Shown: positions 10,196 through 21,102 of the stretch, in pieces
How positions within the stretch are numbered: the stretch's first letter is position 1
Layout: each line of letters starts with the position of its first letter
Source of the DNA: Candidatus Poribacteria bacterium
GTDB lineage: Bacteria; Poribacteria; WGA-4E; PCPOR2b
Reading direction: 5' to 3'
NCBI GenBank assembly: GCA_965198175.1
Contig: OZ240245.1
Span: 4,320,001-4,384,000, forward strand
Length of the DNA stretch: 64,000 nt
Translations under genes and position numbers: made by a program
Notes under the pieces: model-generated
Databases searched by the model: none
What the model saw: the letters and a program-made list of their open reading frames with translations, nothing else
What the model was told of the DNA's origin: nothing

Positions 10196-10224
10196 TTGAC
10201 ACATTCTCGGTTGGACGTTATAAT
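10196..10224 (+). promoter_or_regulatory. Sigma-70 promoter, perfect consensus
   Basis: TTGACA (10196-10201), 17-bp spacer, TATAAT (10219-10224), upstream of the isomerase/Rieske/epimerase operon. Confidence 0.8.
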
Positions 10225-10382
10225 ATTCGCACGAATTTTGCTTACATAGAGGGTTGGGCGCCCTGTTTGGATGCGGCTTACGCCGGGTCACCGTCTCGTT
10301 CCGTCTGATGTGCATAAGGCGCGCTACGGCAGGGAAAACCAGTCGTTTTAGAACTGGGCAGCTACACATATTCGGAGGATTA

Positions 10383-11210
10383 ATGATGCCAAAATTGGGT
10401 ATCGTTCACTACAACTTCCCCGATTTCTCATTCGATGAATTTCTTAGATTCGTCAGTGATACAGGCTTCGACGATGTCGAACTTCAGGTCAACGATGTCT
10501 GGTGTACGGGGATTGACAACCCTGAGAAAAACGCCGAGACGATACGCGAAAACGTCGAATCTTATGGATTGGCTGTTTCCGCCTTCGCAGCAGGAAACGA
10601 TTTCGTTGTCCTAGATGAAGAAGTTGTTCGTTCTCAGGTTGAACGGATGCGCCGGATTGTCGGACTGGCAAAAATCTTGGGCGCTTCGGCGATTCGAACA
10701 GAAGGCGGTGTGCCGAAAGAAAGTGTCCCTGAGAATCGATGGATCGAGGCGATGGCTGGCTGCCTTAGTCGTTGCGTCGAATTCGCTGAAAAGGAAGGAA
10801 TCTATCTCGCCGTCGATAATCATGGGCTTGTGACCAACGACGGTAATCGCCAGGTTGAGTTGTTTGAACGCGTCGGATCCAAATCTGTCGGCGCTAACCT
10901 CGATACGATGAACTACCGCTGGTTTGGGCACGACTTGGAAACGGTCGAAGGGTATTACGAGATTATCGCCCCTTATGCGTTGCATCTACACCTGAAGGAC
11001 GGCAGGGGAACACGCAGCGCGTATCGCGGTGAGGCGCTTGGCGAAGGCGAAATTAATCTCACAAAGGTGATTCACTGCCTAAAAGCAGCGGGCTACGACG
11101 GTTCATGGTGTTGCGAATATGAGGGGCGCGAAAACGATGGGCACGGACAAAGAAAATGCTACGAATACCTGAAGGCGAATTTAGATGGCTCCGTTATGAG
11201 CGACACGTAA
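10383..11210 (+). CDS. Sugar phosphate isomerase/epimerase (xylose isomerase-like TIM barrel)
   Basis: GGAGG RBS; motifs GFDDVEL, LAVDNHG, NLDTMN, HLHLKD, GEGEIN, GYDG..CEYEG. Confidence 0.85.
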   Translation: MMPKLGIVHYNFPDFSFDEFLRFVSDTGFDDVELQVNDVWCTGIDNPEKNAETIRENVESYGLAVSAFAAGNDFVVLDEEVVRSQVERMRRIVGLAKILGASAIRTEGGVPKESVPENRWIEAMAGCLSRCVEFAEKEGIYLAVDNHGLVTNDGNRQVELFERVGSKSVGANLDTMNYRWFGHDLETVEGYYEIIAPYALHLHLKDGRGTRSAYRGEALGEGEINLTKVIHCLKAAGYDGSWCCEYEGRENDGHGQRKCYEYLKANLDGSVMSDT

Positions 11211-11292
11211 GCACCACCGTTTCACGCCAATCAGACGACGTGATGCGTTCAGCGGATCTCGTCAATGCTGAACAGAAAGGAAGTTCATTTGG

Positions 11293-11619
11293 ATGTCTCG
11301 GCTTGTGAAGGCAGCCAAAACCGATGAAGTAGGACCCGGCAGTTGCATCGGCGTTAAGGTAGAAGGCGTCTTTGTCGGAATCTACAACGTCGATGGGGAG
11401 TATTATGCAATTAACAATATCTGTCCCCATCTCGGCGGGGTTCTACACTACGGATTTTTGGAGAACCAAGTTATTACGTGTCCGCTCCATCTATGGCAGT
11501 TCGACGTGAGGACGGGCAAGTGCGTGTGGCCAGGTCGAGAGCGGATTGCAACCTATCCTGTAGAAGTTGAAGGAAACGATATTCTCGTTGATGTAAACTC
11601 GCCGATATTCCCAGATTGA
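11293..11619 (+). CDS. Rieske [2Fe-2S] ferredoxin
   Basis: CPH...CPLH ligand motifs and FDVRTG. Confidence 0.9.
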   Translation: MSRLVKAAKTDEVGPGSCIGVKVEGVFVGIYNVDGEYYAINNICPHLGGVLHYGFLENQVITCPLHLWQFDVRTGKCVWPGRERIATYPVEVEGNDILVDVNSPIFPD

Positions 11620-11643
11620 TAAATTGAGGAGGAAACTAAGAAA

Positions 11644-12603
11644 ATGGCGTATTTAATCACCGGCGGAATGGGATGTATCGGATCTTACGTTATCCGTGAT
11701 CTCCTTAACGCCGGTGAGAAGCTCATTGTTTATGATTCGATACATGATCTAACCATTCCCAAGCTGGTGTTGACACCAGAGCAACTTGAACGCTTCACCT
11801 TTGTTCAAGGAGACATCACCGATTTGCCACACGTCTTGCGCACGGTTAAGGAACACAATATCGACCGGATTATCCATCTTGCATCGTGGCAGGTCCCGGC
11901 ATGCAACGCCAATCCGCCGCATGCGTTAAGGGTAGTCTGCGACGGCACAATCAATATGTTCGAAGCGGCGCGCATCTTTAATCTCAAACGAGTCGTGTGG
12001 GCGAGCACTGTTGCGGTTTTCGGAGCGCCAGAAGATTATAACCACCAACGCATTGAAAATGACGCGCCGCACTTCCCAAAGTTCATTTATGGGGCTTGCA
12101 AATCACTCAACGAACGGTATGCGTCTTACTACTTCGACAACTACAACGTGGACATCATCGGACTGAGGTTTACAGCGGTGTATGGCGTTGGACGCACGCG
12201 GGGAATGAGTTCCTTTTCGACAAAAATGATTGAAGATGTCGCACTGGGAAGGCAGGGCGTTGTCCCCTTTGGTGACGACACGGTGGATTGGCAGTATGTT
12301 GAAGATGTCTCCCGATCCATTGCGATGGCGTGTACCTGCCCAACAACAAAAACACGGGCTTTCAACGTCAAAGGGGGTATCCGCCCAGTGCGAGAAGGCG
12401 CCGCTTACTTGAAGCAACTCGTGCCGGACGCAGAGATTACACTCGAACCGGGAGTATTTGGAATCTCATGGGACTATGACGCCACGCCAATCGCCGAAGA
12501 AATCGGGTTCACGCCAACTTATACGATGGAACAGGGCATCCTGAAGACGTTCAACCGCTTCCGGGAACTCGCAGGACTTCCGGCGGTGGATTATCAGGGG
12601 TGA
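11644..12603 (+). CDS. NAD-dependent epimerase/dehydratase (extended SDR)
   Basis: ITGGMGCIG Rossmann motif, IIHLA, YGACK. Confidence 0.9.
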   Translation: MAYLITGGMGCIGSYVIRDLLNAGEKLIVYDSIHDLTIPKLVLTPEQLERFTFVQGDITDLPHVLRTVKEHNIDRIIHLASWQVPACNANPPHALRVVCDGTINMFEAARIFNLKRVVWASTVAVFGAPEDYNHQRIENDAPHFPKFIYGACKSLNERYASYYFDNYNVDIIGLRFTAVYGVGRTRGMSSFSTKMIEDVALGRQGVVPFGDDTVDWQYVEDVSRSIAMACTCPTTKTRAFNVKGGIRPVREGAAYLKQLVPDAEITLEPGVFGISWDYDATPIAEEIGFTPTYTMEQGILKTFNRFRELAGLPAVDYQG

Positions 12604-12736
12604 GAGCGGGCGTAAGGGCACACGTCCTATACCGATTTCGGATCCTAATTTTCCGTCTTGACATCCTAAACCCCAAAGGTTCTAGGGCGACCAAGAACAG
12701 CAAGGGGAAAGCAAAAAACCAATCTTTAGAATGCTG

Positions 12737-14140
12737 TTAGAGCAGTTCTTTGAGGTATTGCACACGCGTGTGATGCCGCAACTTGCGAAGCGCTTCATCC
12801 TCAATTTGGCGGACTCTTTCACGGCTAATGCCGAGTTGCCGCCCGATGTCAGCAAGCGTGTATTCTGTGCCATCTTGCAAGCCGTAACGGAGCTTAATGA
12901 CATGCTTTTCGCGCGGCGACAAGGTGTTAAGAACCCTTTCGAGCGATTCTTTCTCCGAACTGCAAAGCAGTTCTTCCTCGGGCGTCACTTGGGAATCATC
13001 AGCTAACAAGTCAGAGATTGTTGCATCGGGTGATGAATCGCTCAGCGGAGAGTCGAGCGAAATTGTGCCTTTTGTACTTTGGAGAATTTCAATGACTCGA
13101 CTCTCAGACATCTTGACTAAATCAGCAATCTCTTTAATATCTGGCTCACGTTCGAGATCCCTAGCCAGTTTTGTCTGGGCTTGCTTGATAGATCTTCGGG
13201 TTTCTCCAACATAACACGGAATACGAATCGTTTGGCTTTGCTGATCTAGCGCTCGCTTAATCGCCTGCATGATCCACCAAGTCGCGTAAGTGCTAAAGCG
13301 ATACCCTCTCTGGAGATCGAATTTTTCGACCGCTTTCATCAAGCCGATACTTCCCTCTTGCATCAGATCAAGAAATGAAAGCGACGAGCGATTAAAATTA
13401 TGTTGTTTGGCAATACTCGCGACGAGCAGAAGATTAGCCTCAACAAGCTTAAGTTTCGCTTCTTGTATCTTTTGGGATGCTTTGCCAAGTTCCTTCCAAA
13501 GTAGTTCAAGGCATTCGCACGCTTCGCGGTGATCCTCTTCTGTTGTGGCGGTGTCATCGGTTTGACCACGTTGGTAAACACCAATCTCCGTTTGAATTTG
13601 ATCCAACGTTGTGGCGAGGTTCATGGGACTCCACCACATCCCATTCGGCGACTTCTGTTTTGCACCGCGCGTTCGTTTCGCTTTGGGACGAACTTCCTCT
13701 AAAATTGAGAGGGGGAGCTGATTAAATAATTCTGTAATCCACTGCTTGCCTTCTTCAAATTTCTCGAAGAGTTCAACTTCTTCTTCAGGTGTGAGCAAAG
13801 GCGTGCGGGCGATCTCCTGAAGATAGGAAAACGCTTCGTCCTTTGCGTTGTCAGAGACATCACCGCGCGTTCTAAATGATGAAATCAGATCGTCGTTTTC
13901 TTCACCGTCAATCTCATTTTCATCGGATTCATCCGTGGGCAGCACCGACAGAAATTCGCCATCTTCCTCAAATTCGAGTTCACCATTTATATTAGATGCG
14001 CCCCTAACTGGGCTGTCCGTGAATTCATCACGACTTGTCACGATTCGATCGCCTCGATTCTCTTGTTTAATATCGAAAAAAATATTATCAAATTTTATCG
14101 GGTCTTTATCTTCTGCGATGTTTTTCATACCGGATACCAT
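12737..14140 (-). CDS. RNA polymerase sigma-70 factor, RpoD/SigA family
   Basis: Region 1.2 YLQEIARTPLLTPEEE; region 2 DLMQEGSIGLMKAVEKFD...FSTYATWWI; region 4 SRERVRQIEDEALRKLR. Confidence 0.92.
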   Translation of the reverse strand: MVSGMKNIAEDKDPIKFDNIFFDIKQENRGDRIVTSRDEFTDSPVRGASNINGELEFEEDGEFLSVLPTDESDENEIDGEENDDLISSFRTRGDVSDNAKDEAFSYLQEIARTPLLTPEEEVELFEKFEEGKQWITELFNQLPLSILEEVRPKAKRTRGAKQKSPNGMWWSPMNLATTLDQIQTEIGVYQRGQTDDTATTEEDHREACECLELLWKELGKASQKIQEAKLKLVEANLLLVASIAKQHNFNRSSLSFLDLMQEGSIGLMKAVEKFDLQRGYRFSTYATWWIMQAIKRALDQQSQTIRIPCYVGETRRSIKQAQTKLARDLEREPDIKEIADLVKMSESRVIEILQSTKGTISLDSPLSDSSPDATISDLLADDSQVTPEEELLCSSEKESLERVLNTLSPREKHVIKLRYGLQDGTEYTLADIGRQLGISRERVRQIEDEALRKLRHHTRVQYLKELL

Positions 14141-14320
14141 TTCTTATGACACTTTTCTTTTTTGGTACGATTCAGTCTTGCTCATCAACGCTAGATTCCA
14201 AAAGTGTCATTTCAAACTAACCTTCGTATTTGAGCAACGCTTTTCAGGCATAATGTATTATGGGCGGAATTTTCTTAGCTTTCCATTGAGACGTGTAATC
14301 CTTCAATCAAGTTTACTGAT

Positions 14321-16141
14321 TTATTTCTCTCCCTGCATTTGACGTAATTTCCGATAAATTCCACCCTTCTCTAACAACTCCTGATGAGTACCGCTTTCGG
14401 CAATTTGTCCAGCTTTCAGCACAAGAATTCTGTCCGCGTGAACGACTGTGGACAACCGATGCGCGATCACGAAGGTTGTTCGTCTTCGCATCAAGTTTGC
14501 GAGGGATTGCTGGACAAGCGCTTCTGACTCACTGTCCAGTGCTGAAGTTGCTTCATCGAGTATTAGAATGCGCGGATTCTTCAAGATTGCCCGCGCAATC
14601 GAGAGACGTTGTTGTTGTCCACCGGACAACTTGATCCCAGACTCACCGATTGGGGCATCGTATCCATTGGGCATCTGCGTGATGAAATCGTGCGCATTGG
14701 CTTGTTTAGCCGCTTCAATGGCGTCTTTTCGGGTCGCTCCCGGCTGACCGTAAATGATATTTTCCATCACCGTCCCGCCAAAAAGGACGGTATCTTGTGG
14801 CACAATCGCAATCTGCCGACGGAGGGAATCTAGTCTAACTTGGTCAATCGGATATTCATCAATCAGAATGTCGCCTGCATCCACTTCGTAGAAGCGGGGC
14901 AAGAGATTCACTAACGTCGTTTTCCCGCCGCCGCTCGGTCCAACCAAAGCGATGACTTCGCCCGGTTTAACACGGAAACTGATGTGCTTAATCACCTCGT
15001 CGTCCCGGTCATATCCGAAAACAACGTCACGAAATTCGACTTCGCCGCGAACAGGAGGCAGTTGAAGTTTTTTATCTTCTTCATTTCCTTCCCTCTCGAA
15101 GTCCAGCACGTAGAAGATTCGTTCAGCCGAAGCGAGACTTTGCTGCAAGATGTTGTTGAATTGCCCAACCGTCTTGATTGGCTTAAACATCAGGCTAATC
15201 ATCGCAATATAACCGATGAACCAACCCGTTGTAAGGTCGCCTTGAATTACCTGCCAACACCCCAATCCGAAGACCGTTGCAACGCCAATCGCGCTAATTA
15301 ATTCGACTAGCGGCGGCAGCATTGCGGCAGATCGTGAGCGCCGTATCGTTGAGCGGTACTGACCCCTGTTGGCTTCTGAAAATCGAGCACACTCCAGTTT
15401 TTCCGCGGTGAAACTTTTTATGATTTTAATTCCAAAGATGGTCTCTTTTAGTTGCGAAGAGATGTCCGCTGTCTGCTGTTGAATCTCCGAACTTGTACCG
15501 CGAATGCGCCTTCCAAACCGGTTAATTAGATGACCAAGCAGTGGGAATACAGCTAGAGCAAGGACAGTCAGTTGGAAACTCCTAAATAACATCACGGAAA
15601 CAAAGACGGGAAGGAGCACAGCAGCTCGCATAACATTCGCCGTCGATCCAACCGCATACTGCCATGTGCGTACATCGTCCGTGACACGTGCCATGAGGTC
15701 GCCCGTGCGGTGCTCTTTCAAAACCCTCAAGGGCGCAAAAGCAATTCTCTCATACAATTCGCTGCGAACTCGGATAATCAGTTTATTCCCAACGCGCGCC
15801 ATCAAATAGTCGTTGCAATAGGTGAATGTCCCCTTAACTACAACAATTATTAGAATACCCGCTAATACCCAACCAACAAGCGTAATGGCTGCATCTGTAT
15901 CCGCAAGTGGAATTTCAATTCCCTCGAAGACATCCTTAACATGGAAATATCGGACATTGATGGGACCGTCTTCTGTCTTAGTCTCAATCAATTTGAGCGC
16001 ATCAATTGTATCCGCCAAGAGGTGAACATAGCCCATTTCGCAGATGGCAATTACTAACGCACAGATGAACGCCAATCCAATAGAACCGATGTGCGGTCTC
16101 AGATACCTTGCGAAGCGCGGGAACGTCGGCATCATAATCAC
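14321..16141 (-). CDS. MsbA-like ABC exporter (fused TMD and NBD)
   Basis: GPSGGGKTT Walker A, LSGGQQQR signature, ILDEATSALD; N-terminal TM domain. Confidence 0.9.
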   Translation of the reverse strand: MIMMPTFPRFARYLRPHIGSIGLAFICALVIAICEMGYVHLLADTIDALKLIETKTEDGPINVRYFHVKDVFEGIEIPLADTDAAITLVGWVLAGILIIVVVKGTFTYCNDYLMARVGNKLIIRVRSELYERIAFAPLRVLKEHRTGDLMARVTDDVRTWQYAVGSTANVMRAAVLLPVFVSVMLFRSFQLTVLALAVFPLLGHLINRFGRRIRGTSSEIQQQTADISSQLKETIFGIKIIKSFTAEKLECARFSEANRGQYRSTIRRSRSAAMLPPLVELISAIGVATVFGLGCWQVIQGDLTTGWFIGYIAMISLMFKPIKTVGQFNNILQQSLASAERIFYVLDFEREGNEEDKKLQLPPVRGEVEFRDVVFGYDRDDEVIKHISFRVKPGEVIALVGPSGGGKTTLVNLLPRFYEVDAGDILIDEYPIDQVRLDSLRRQIAIVPQDTVLFGGTVMENIIYGQPGATRKDAIEAAKQANAHDFITQMPNGYDAPIGESGIKLSGGQQQRLSIARAILKNPRILILDEATSALDSESEALVQQSLANLMRRRTTFVIAHRLSTVVHADRILVLKAGQIAESGTHQELLEKGGIYRKLRQMQGEK

Positions 16142-16854
16142 CTTTCCGCGATTGTAATCATCCGCCTCGCATCAATCAGAAAAGGGCTATAATCGAAATC
16201 GCCATACGTCGCACACACTTCCAGACCAACGCCTTTCAAAATTGATTTGAGTTCGGTTGGAAAGTAGAACCGAAGTCGATTGACCGTCTTTTGAATGGGG
16301 CCGGTGGGGAGTTCAATCACCGTCCGATAATCGGAGAGCAGCCCAGATTCAGGGTGGTATTCAACCTCCGCGAGTGCAAGCATGGATTCAGATATCCACC
16401 ACCAATTCCGTGTGCGATCCAACTCGATGACGGCGTGGGGATTCCAGTAGTCCAACAAGAATTTCCCACCGGGCTTAAGGACTGTGGCAACCTCTGAAAG
16501 AACATGTCGATTTCCCTCCTCGTCAAAGAATCCAAAACTCGTAAAAAGATTGATGACAGCATCGCACGATGGCTTGAGTGGAATATGGCGCATATCCCCT
16601 TCAATAAAATGGATGCCATAGTTCGTTGAAAGCATCTCTTTTCGCGCTGCGTCCAGCAGAAAACGCGAGCTGTCTAAGCCGATGACTGTCACTTTTTGGT
16701 CTGCAAGCAACCGTCCATGCCGTCCATTCCCACAGCACAAATCTAGGACAACCGCTCCTCGCTGGAGTTCTAGCACATCACGAATGAATTCAACCTCCTC
16801 TTTTGTCTCGACTTCGGAGGGAAGCTCGGAAAGCAGGTAAGTTTTGTCCCACAT
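16138..16854 (-). CDS. Class I SAM-dependent methyltransferase
   Basis: VLDLCCGNGRH, GDMR, NLFTSFGFF, LKPGGKFLLD. Confidence 0.9.
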   Translation of the reverse strand: MWDKTYLLSELPSEVETKEEVEFIRDVLELQRGAVVLDLCCGNGRHGRLLADQKVTVIGLDSSRFLLDAARKEMLSTNYGIHFIEGDMRHIPLKPSCDAVINLFTSFGFFDEEGNRHVLSEVATVLKPGGKFLLDYWNPHAVIELDRTRNWWWISESMLALAEVEYHPESGLLSDYRTVIELPTGPIQKTVNRLRFYFPTELKSILKGVGLEVCATYGDFDYSPFLIDARRMITIAER

Positions 16855-16901
16855 AATTGATGCGTAATCCGTAATGTATGATGCATAAATCGTTTATTCC
16901 T

Positions 16902-17957
16902 TCATTTCCCCACTTCGATTCTTCGATCTTCTCCTTCGTCCTTATACTGTCCAAACTGAATGATTTTTGCATCAGATGCAGCGTTAGGTTTGCATCGAAT
17001 CCGTAGCACAGTGGAGCGAAAATCGACGGACTCAATGACGCCAATCGAAAGGGTTTTCATCGAGTCGTTAAGCATGCCGATTAAACGCTGCTCAAAATGC
17101 GCAGGGGTTTTGGTAACCAAGGATGTCAGACTATAATGGCTTTTCAGTCGTCCCTGGGTCGGGTTTGATAGCATATTTGGCGCAACTAACGAAAGCGATT
17201 TATGTCCCCACTCCGCGTAAAGGATGTCATCATCGACAAAGTTGGAGAGAATTTCCCGCTCTTTCGTATTCGCTTGCCTGCCAACAAAGAAAAGCGACCG
17301 TTGCCCTCGAATCCGATCAAAGGGTACAGACTCCTGTACTGCATCAGAGAAGTAGCTCTCAAAGCGAGTTTCGCGGTATTTCCTTCGGGATTCACTACTC
17401 TTGGAAGCCACGCTTTTGTGTGGTGAAAGGTGGTGAATCTGGATCGCGCTAAGCCCAATAAATCCTGCAACGATTGGATTCAATTCCCTAAACCGGTGAA
17501 TACAGATTAGATAATCTGGTTGGATCAGTTCAATTTTATGTCTTTTGAGTGCAACTGCGGCATCCCCTTCGACATACCCGGTAGTATCAATCACGACAAG
17601 CTCGGCTCCAGCTTCAAGCGCAGCGTCAATCATCAAATACGTGCCCGTCACACACTGAAGTAGGTGACACTCGGGTGAAGTGGAGCCCACAAAGTACAAA
17701 TCATCCGGATTTGATGTCGAAGCCTGGGGGAAAAGCTTCAGCCCAATCGTAGTTGGTGGTCCAATCTGCGACTGTCCAACATCGGCATCAACAAAGCCCA
17801 CCTTTAGTCCTTTCGCCACGCCTTGTTCAACCAAAAAACGGCAGAAGGTTGATTTCCCAACATCAGTGCCGCCAATTACGAGCACAATCCCTTTAGGCTG
17901 TACGACACGCTGACCGATGCGTTCCCAATCACGATTCACCTGATAAGGCTTGGTCAT
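16902..17957 (-). CDS. Clp1/Nol9-family polynucleotide 5'-hydroxyl kinase
   Basis: GGTDVGKST Walker A, DADVGQSQIGPPTTIG (DxDxGQ), IDTTGYV, RRKYRE lid motif. Start uncertain (17957 or 18029). Confidence 0.85.
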   Translation of the reverse strand: MTKPYQVNRDWERIGQRVVQPKGIVLVIGGTDVGKSTFCRFLVEQGVAKGLKVGFVDADVGQSQIGPPTTIGLKLFPQASTSNPDDLYFVGSTSPECHLLQCVTGTYLMIDAALEAGAELVVIDTTGYVEGDAAVALKRHKIELIQPDYLICIHRFRELNPIVAGFIGLSAIQIHHLSPHKSVASKSSESRRKYRETRFESYFSDAVQESVPFDRIRGQRSLFFVGRQANTKEREILSNFVDDDILYAEWGHKSLSLVAPNMLSNPTQGRLKSHYSLTSLVTKTPAHFEQRLIGMLNDSMKTLSIGVIESVDFRSTVLRIRCKPNAASDAKIIQFGQYKDEGEDRRIEVGK

Positions 17958-18102
17958 ATCGAGCGGGTATCGTTGTTGCTGTTTCGTACCGGCATCGGAG
18001 TTTCCAGGTCCACCTCCTTCAAATACCAAATCAAAGCCCTTCGCCGCATTGCGTGGAAGTTGCAGAAAGTATCAAATGGGACGTTTCAGTCCTGAATCGG
18101 TA

Positions 18103-18972
18103 TCACTCTCCCAAATAGAACTCATACCGAAACGAAATCCCTGGAGCACTGAGAAAACGATCTAAGTTTTGCTGGCTCGTGTTCCCCAAAATCCGTTCGA
18201 TCAAAGGAACTTTGCGTTTGTCGCGGATCACGCTCGGCTCACCCGAGATGCCGCCAAGCGTCCCTGCAAGCTTGATTGCATCCGGCAGGTTACCTAGTAC
18301 ATCTACCAGCTTATATTCTAGAGCCTGTTGCCCGGAAAAGATTCGACCATCAGCAAGCGCGGCAATTTCCTCGCGGGCTAGATGTGCTTTACGCCCCTCA
18401 AACACAGCATTAACAAATTGGTTGTGAACGTCATCAATTGTGTCTTGCAATAAGGCGCGTTCCGCATCGGTAAGCCCTCGCCCCGGCGAACCGGTGTCCT
18501 TGAACTCGCCACTCTTCACAACTTGATCCTCCAAACCCACCTTTTCGTAAAGCCCCTTCAATTTCATAAACCGTAAGATAACCCCGATACTGCCGGTTAT
18601 GGTCCCACGATTTGCAACGATTTGATCCGCAGCACAGGCGATGTAATACCCGCCTGATGCAGCTGTATTTCCCATTGAAGCTACAACTGGCTTTTCCAGT
18701 TTAGTGAGCTCGCCGTGGATTTCTTGAACCGAGCCAACACTCCCACCGGGAGAATCAATGCGTAAAACGATGGCTTTTACCGTTTGATCGTCGCGGCATC
18801 GGTGAATCTGATCAATCAATTTATCCGATTTTGAAATCGCCCCAATGAATTCGACAATGGCGACCTTCTCACCGAACTGTCCCCCCTTCGTCGTCAACGT
18901 CCGGACGATTAGTATTAAGAACAGAAGACCTATACCAATAATCAAGATTTTAAAGAATCGCTTCCGTTTCAT
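18103..18972 (-). CDS. sppA: Signal peptide peptidase SppA (36K type, S49)
   Basis: RIDSPGG, AASGGYYIA, TGSIGV, KSGEFKD. Confidence 0.92.
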   Translation of the reverse strand: MKRKRFFKILIIGIGLLFLILIVRTLTTKGGQFGEKVAIVEFIGAISKSDKLIDQIHRCRDDQTVKAIVLRIDSPGGSVGSVQEIHGELTKLEKPVVASMGNTAASGGYYIACAADQIVANRGTITGSIGVILRFMKLKGLYEKVGLEDQVVKSGEFKDTGSPGRGLTDAERALLQDTIDDVHNQFVNAVFEGRKAHLAREEIAALADGRIFSGQQALEYKLVDVLGNLPDAIKLAGTLGGISGEPSVIRDKRKVPLIERILGNTSQQNLDRFLSAPGISFRYEFYLGE

Positions 18973-19057
18973 AAATCATCGAATAAGATAGAAATTTGGA
19001 AATTAGGTACACTGAGTTCGCTTACATATCCGACGAATACGCGGCAGCTTAGGTCTG

Positions 19058-21061
19058 TTAAATTCGCTCAGAAGCACTTCCAAACTCGCGCTTTCCGTCA
19101 AGTTTTCGACTATTTGCCAGATTAATCACCTGAACATCTGATTTCTTGGTATCGTCATCGTAAGAAGTCTTCGCAAACGTCCGATTGGGTTCGTAGGTTG
19201 GTACAATCTGCTGAAGTTCGGCAATAATCCCTTCCGTATTCAGGTGGTTGGCTAATTCTGCAAGTTCTTCGATTTTAGCCAACAGCTTTTTTTCCTCAAT
19301 CGTTTCAAGTTGAGCGACGAAGATGCGCTGATGCTTCGTTGCGGTCACCCCTTCTTGAACGGTTAGAAGTTCCTCGTATAATTTCTCACCCGGTTCCAAC
19401 CCTGTAAACTCAATTTTGATATCGCGATCCACTTCGAGTCCAGACAGCCTGATTAGATCCCGCGCCAGATCCAAGATTTTAATCGGTTCTCCCATATCCA
19501 AAATGAAGATTTCACCGCCAAGTCCCATTGCTCCAGCCTGAATGAGCAGTTGAACCGATTCCGGAATTGTCATGAAGTATCGAATTACCTCACGATGGGT
19601 GACAGTCACGGGTCCTCCTTTCATTATCTGGCGCTTAAACTTTGGCAATACACTTCCCCGACTGTCGATAACGTTTCCGAAGCGAACGGCAATAAACTCC
19701 GTGCCATTCCGTTTTGCTTTACACTGAATTAGCTTCTCCGTCACACGCTTCGAGGCGCCCATGACGCTTGTTGGATTGACCGCCTTGTCTGATGAAACCA
19801 AGATAAATGCTTCGACATGGTGTTTAATTGCGGCATCAACCACATTCTTGGTTCCAATGATGTTATTCTTGACGGCTTCGTCCGGGTGAATCTCCATAAA
19901 CTTTACGTGTTTGTGCGCTGCGGCATGGAAGATGATCTGGGGACGATATTTAGCGATGATTTTATCAACCTTCGAGCGATCTCGAATATCGCCAATAATC
20001 ATAGCGCGATTAAGATCCGGTTCATTCTCACTCAGTTCGTTGTCAATATGATATATGCTGTTCTCACCGCGCCCAAAGAGAATGAGAAGTTCGGGGTTAA
20101 ATTTTGCCACCTGCCGACAGAGCTCAGATCCAATTGAACCACCAGCACCTGTCACCATCACCCGTTTACCGGACAGGTATTTCGAAACTTCGGGCAAATC
20201 GATTCGGGAAGTTGGACGGTTAAGGAGATCTTCGACCCGCACTTCCCGAATCTGGCTGATACTCACATGCCCTGCAAGAATGGCATGGATGCTGGGAACG
20301 ATTTTGAATTTACAACCTTTGTATTCGCACTGTTGAATAATTTCACGGATGCGGCTTCCTGAAGCAGAGGGCATAGCGATAACAATTTCGCCAACTTGCC
20401 GCTTGCGTGCGATGTAAGCCAACTCACGCGTTGTACCAAGGACATCAAGTCCTTGAATGCTTTTCCCAACTTTTTGCGGATGGTCATCAATAAACCCAAT
20501 GGGAACATATCCTTTCTCAGGATGATTTCGGATTTCGCGCAAAACACCGACCCCCGCAGCTCCGGCACCGACAATCAAAACTCTAGTTTTGGGAGGAGCC
20601 ACATCTCTTCGTCGGTATTCTTCAACAATGCGAAAGGAGAACTTTGCCAAGCCCACAAAAGTGATATTATATAAGCCATCGATTAGAAAGAATGCCCAGG
20701 ATTTGGAAAGATTAACGAAAGATAGAATAAGAATGAGGGCAAAAGTTCCTGAACAAACGGCTCCAACAATCGCCCAAAATTCCCGAACGCTCGCGTAGCG
20801 CCAGACCGGTTTGTACAGTTGAAAGGTGAAATAGGTACATAGGCGGATTGCTGTAACAGTGAACGCAATGATTAGAAAAATCCGACTTGGCGATTGAGAT
20901 GCCCAAATGGACGGGGAAGAATCATTTTCCGATAGATTGAACAACTCAAGTAGATTTAATCCGAGCAGTTTGCAGGTTTGATAAGCACATACGAAAGCGA
21001 GGTTAATTAACAGAATGTCCGTAACAATCGAAAAGCCTAGCCTTATTTTTTGCTGGCGCAT
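19058..21061 (-). CDS. Nucleoside-diphosphate sugar dehydratase, CapD/PglF family
   Basis: N-terminal TMs; TGAGGSIGSELCRQ, HAAAHKHV, SSDKAVNPTSVMGASKR, VRFGNV. Confidence 0.92.
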   Translation of the reverse strand: MRQQKIRLGFSIVTDILLINLAFVCAYQTCKLLGLNLLELFNLSENDSSPSIWASQSPSRIFLIIAFTVTAIRLCTYFTFQLYKPVWRYASVREFWAIVGAVCSGTFALILILSFVNLSKSWAFFLIDGLYNITFVGLAKFSFRIVEEYRRRDVAPPKTRVLIVGAGAAGVGVLREIRNHPEKGYVPIGFIDDHPQKVGKSIQGLDVLGTTRELAYIARKRQVGEIVIAMPSASGSRIREIIQQCEYKGCKFKIVPSIHAILAGHVSISQIREVRVEDLLNRPTSRIDLPEVSKYLSGKRVMVTGAGGSIGSELCRQVAKFNPELLILFGRGENSIYHIDNELSENEPDLNRAMIIGDIRDRSKVDKIIAKYRPQIIFHAAAHKHVKFMEIHPDEAVKNNIIGTKNVVDAAIKHHVEAFILVSSDKAVNPTSVMGASKRVTEKLIQCKAKRNGTEFIAVRFGNVIDSRGSVLPKFKRQIMKGGPVTVTHREVIRYFMTIPESVQLLIQAGAMGLGGEIFILDMGEPIKILDLARDLIRLSGLEVDRDIKIEFTGLEPGEKLYEELLTVQEGVTATKHQRIFVAQLETIEEKKLLAKIEELAELANHLNTEGIIAELQQIVPTYEPNRTFAKTSYDDDTKKSDVQVINLANSRKLDGKREFGSASERI

Positions 21062-21102
21062 CTTCCTTCCTTTAATCTTTGATTTTGATAATTGCTAAGT
21101 TG

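Noticed and set aside
10225..10382. Riboswitch in the ~150-nt leader of the isomerase operon
   Set aside because: No known aptamer consensus was recognisable by eye; an Rfam scan would be needed.
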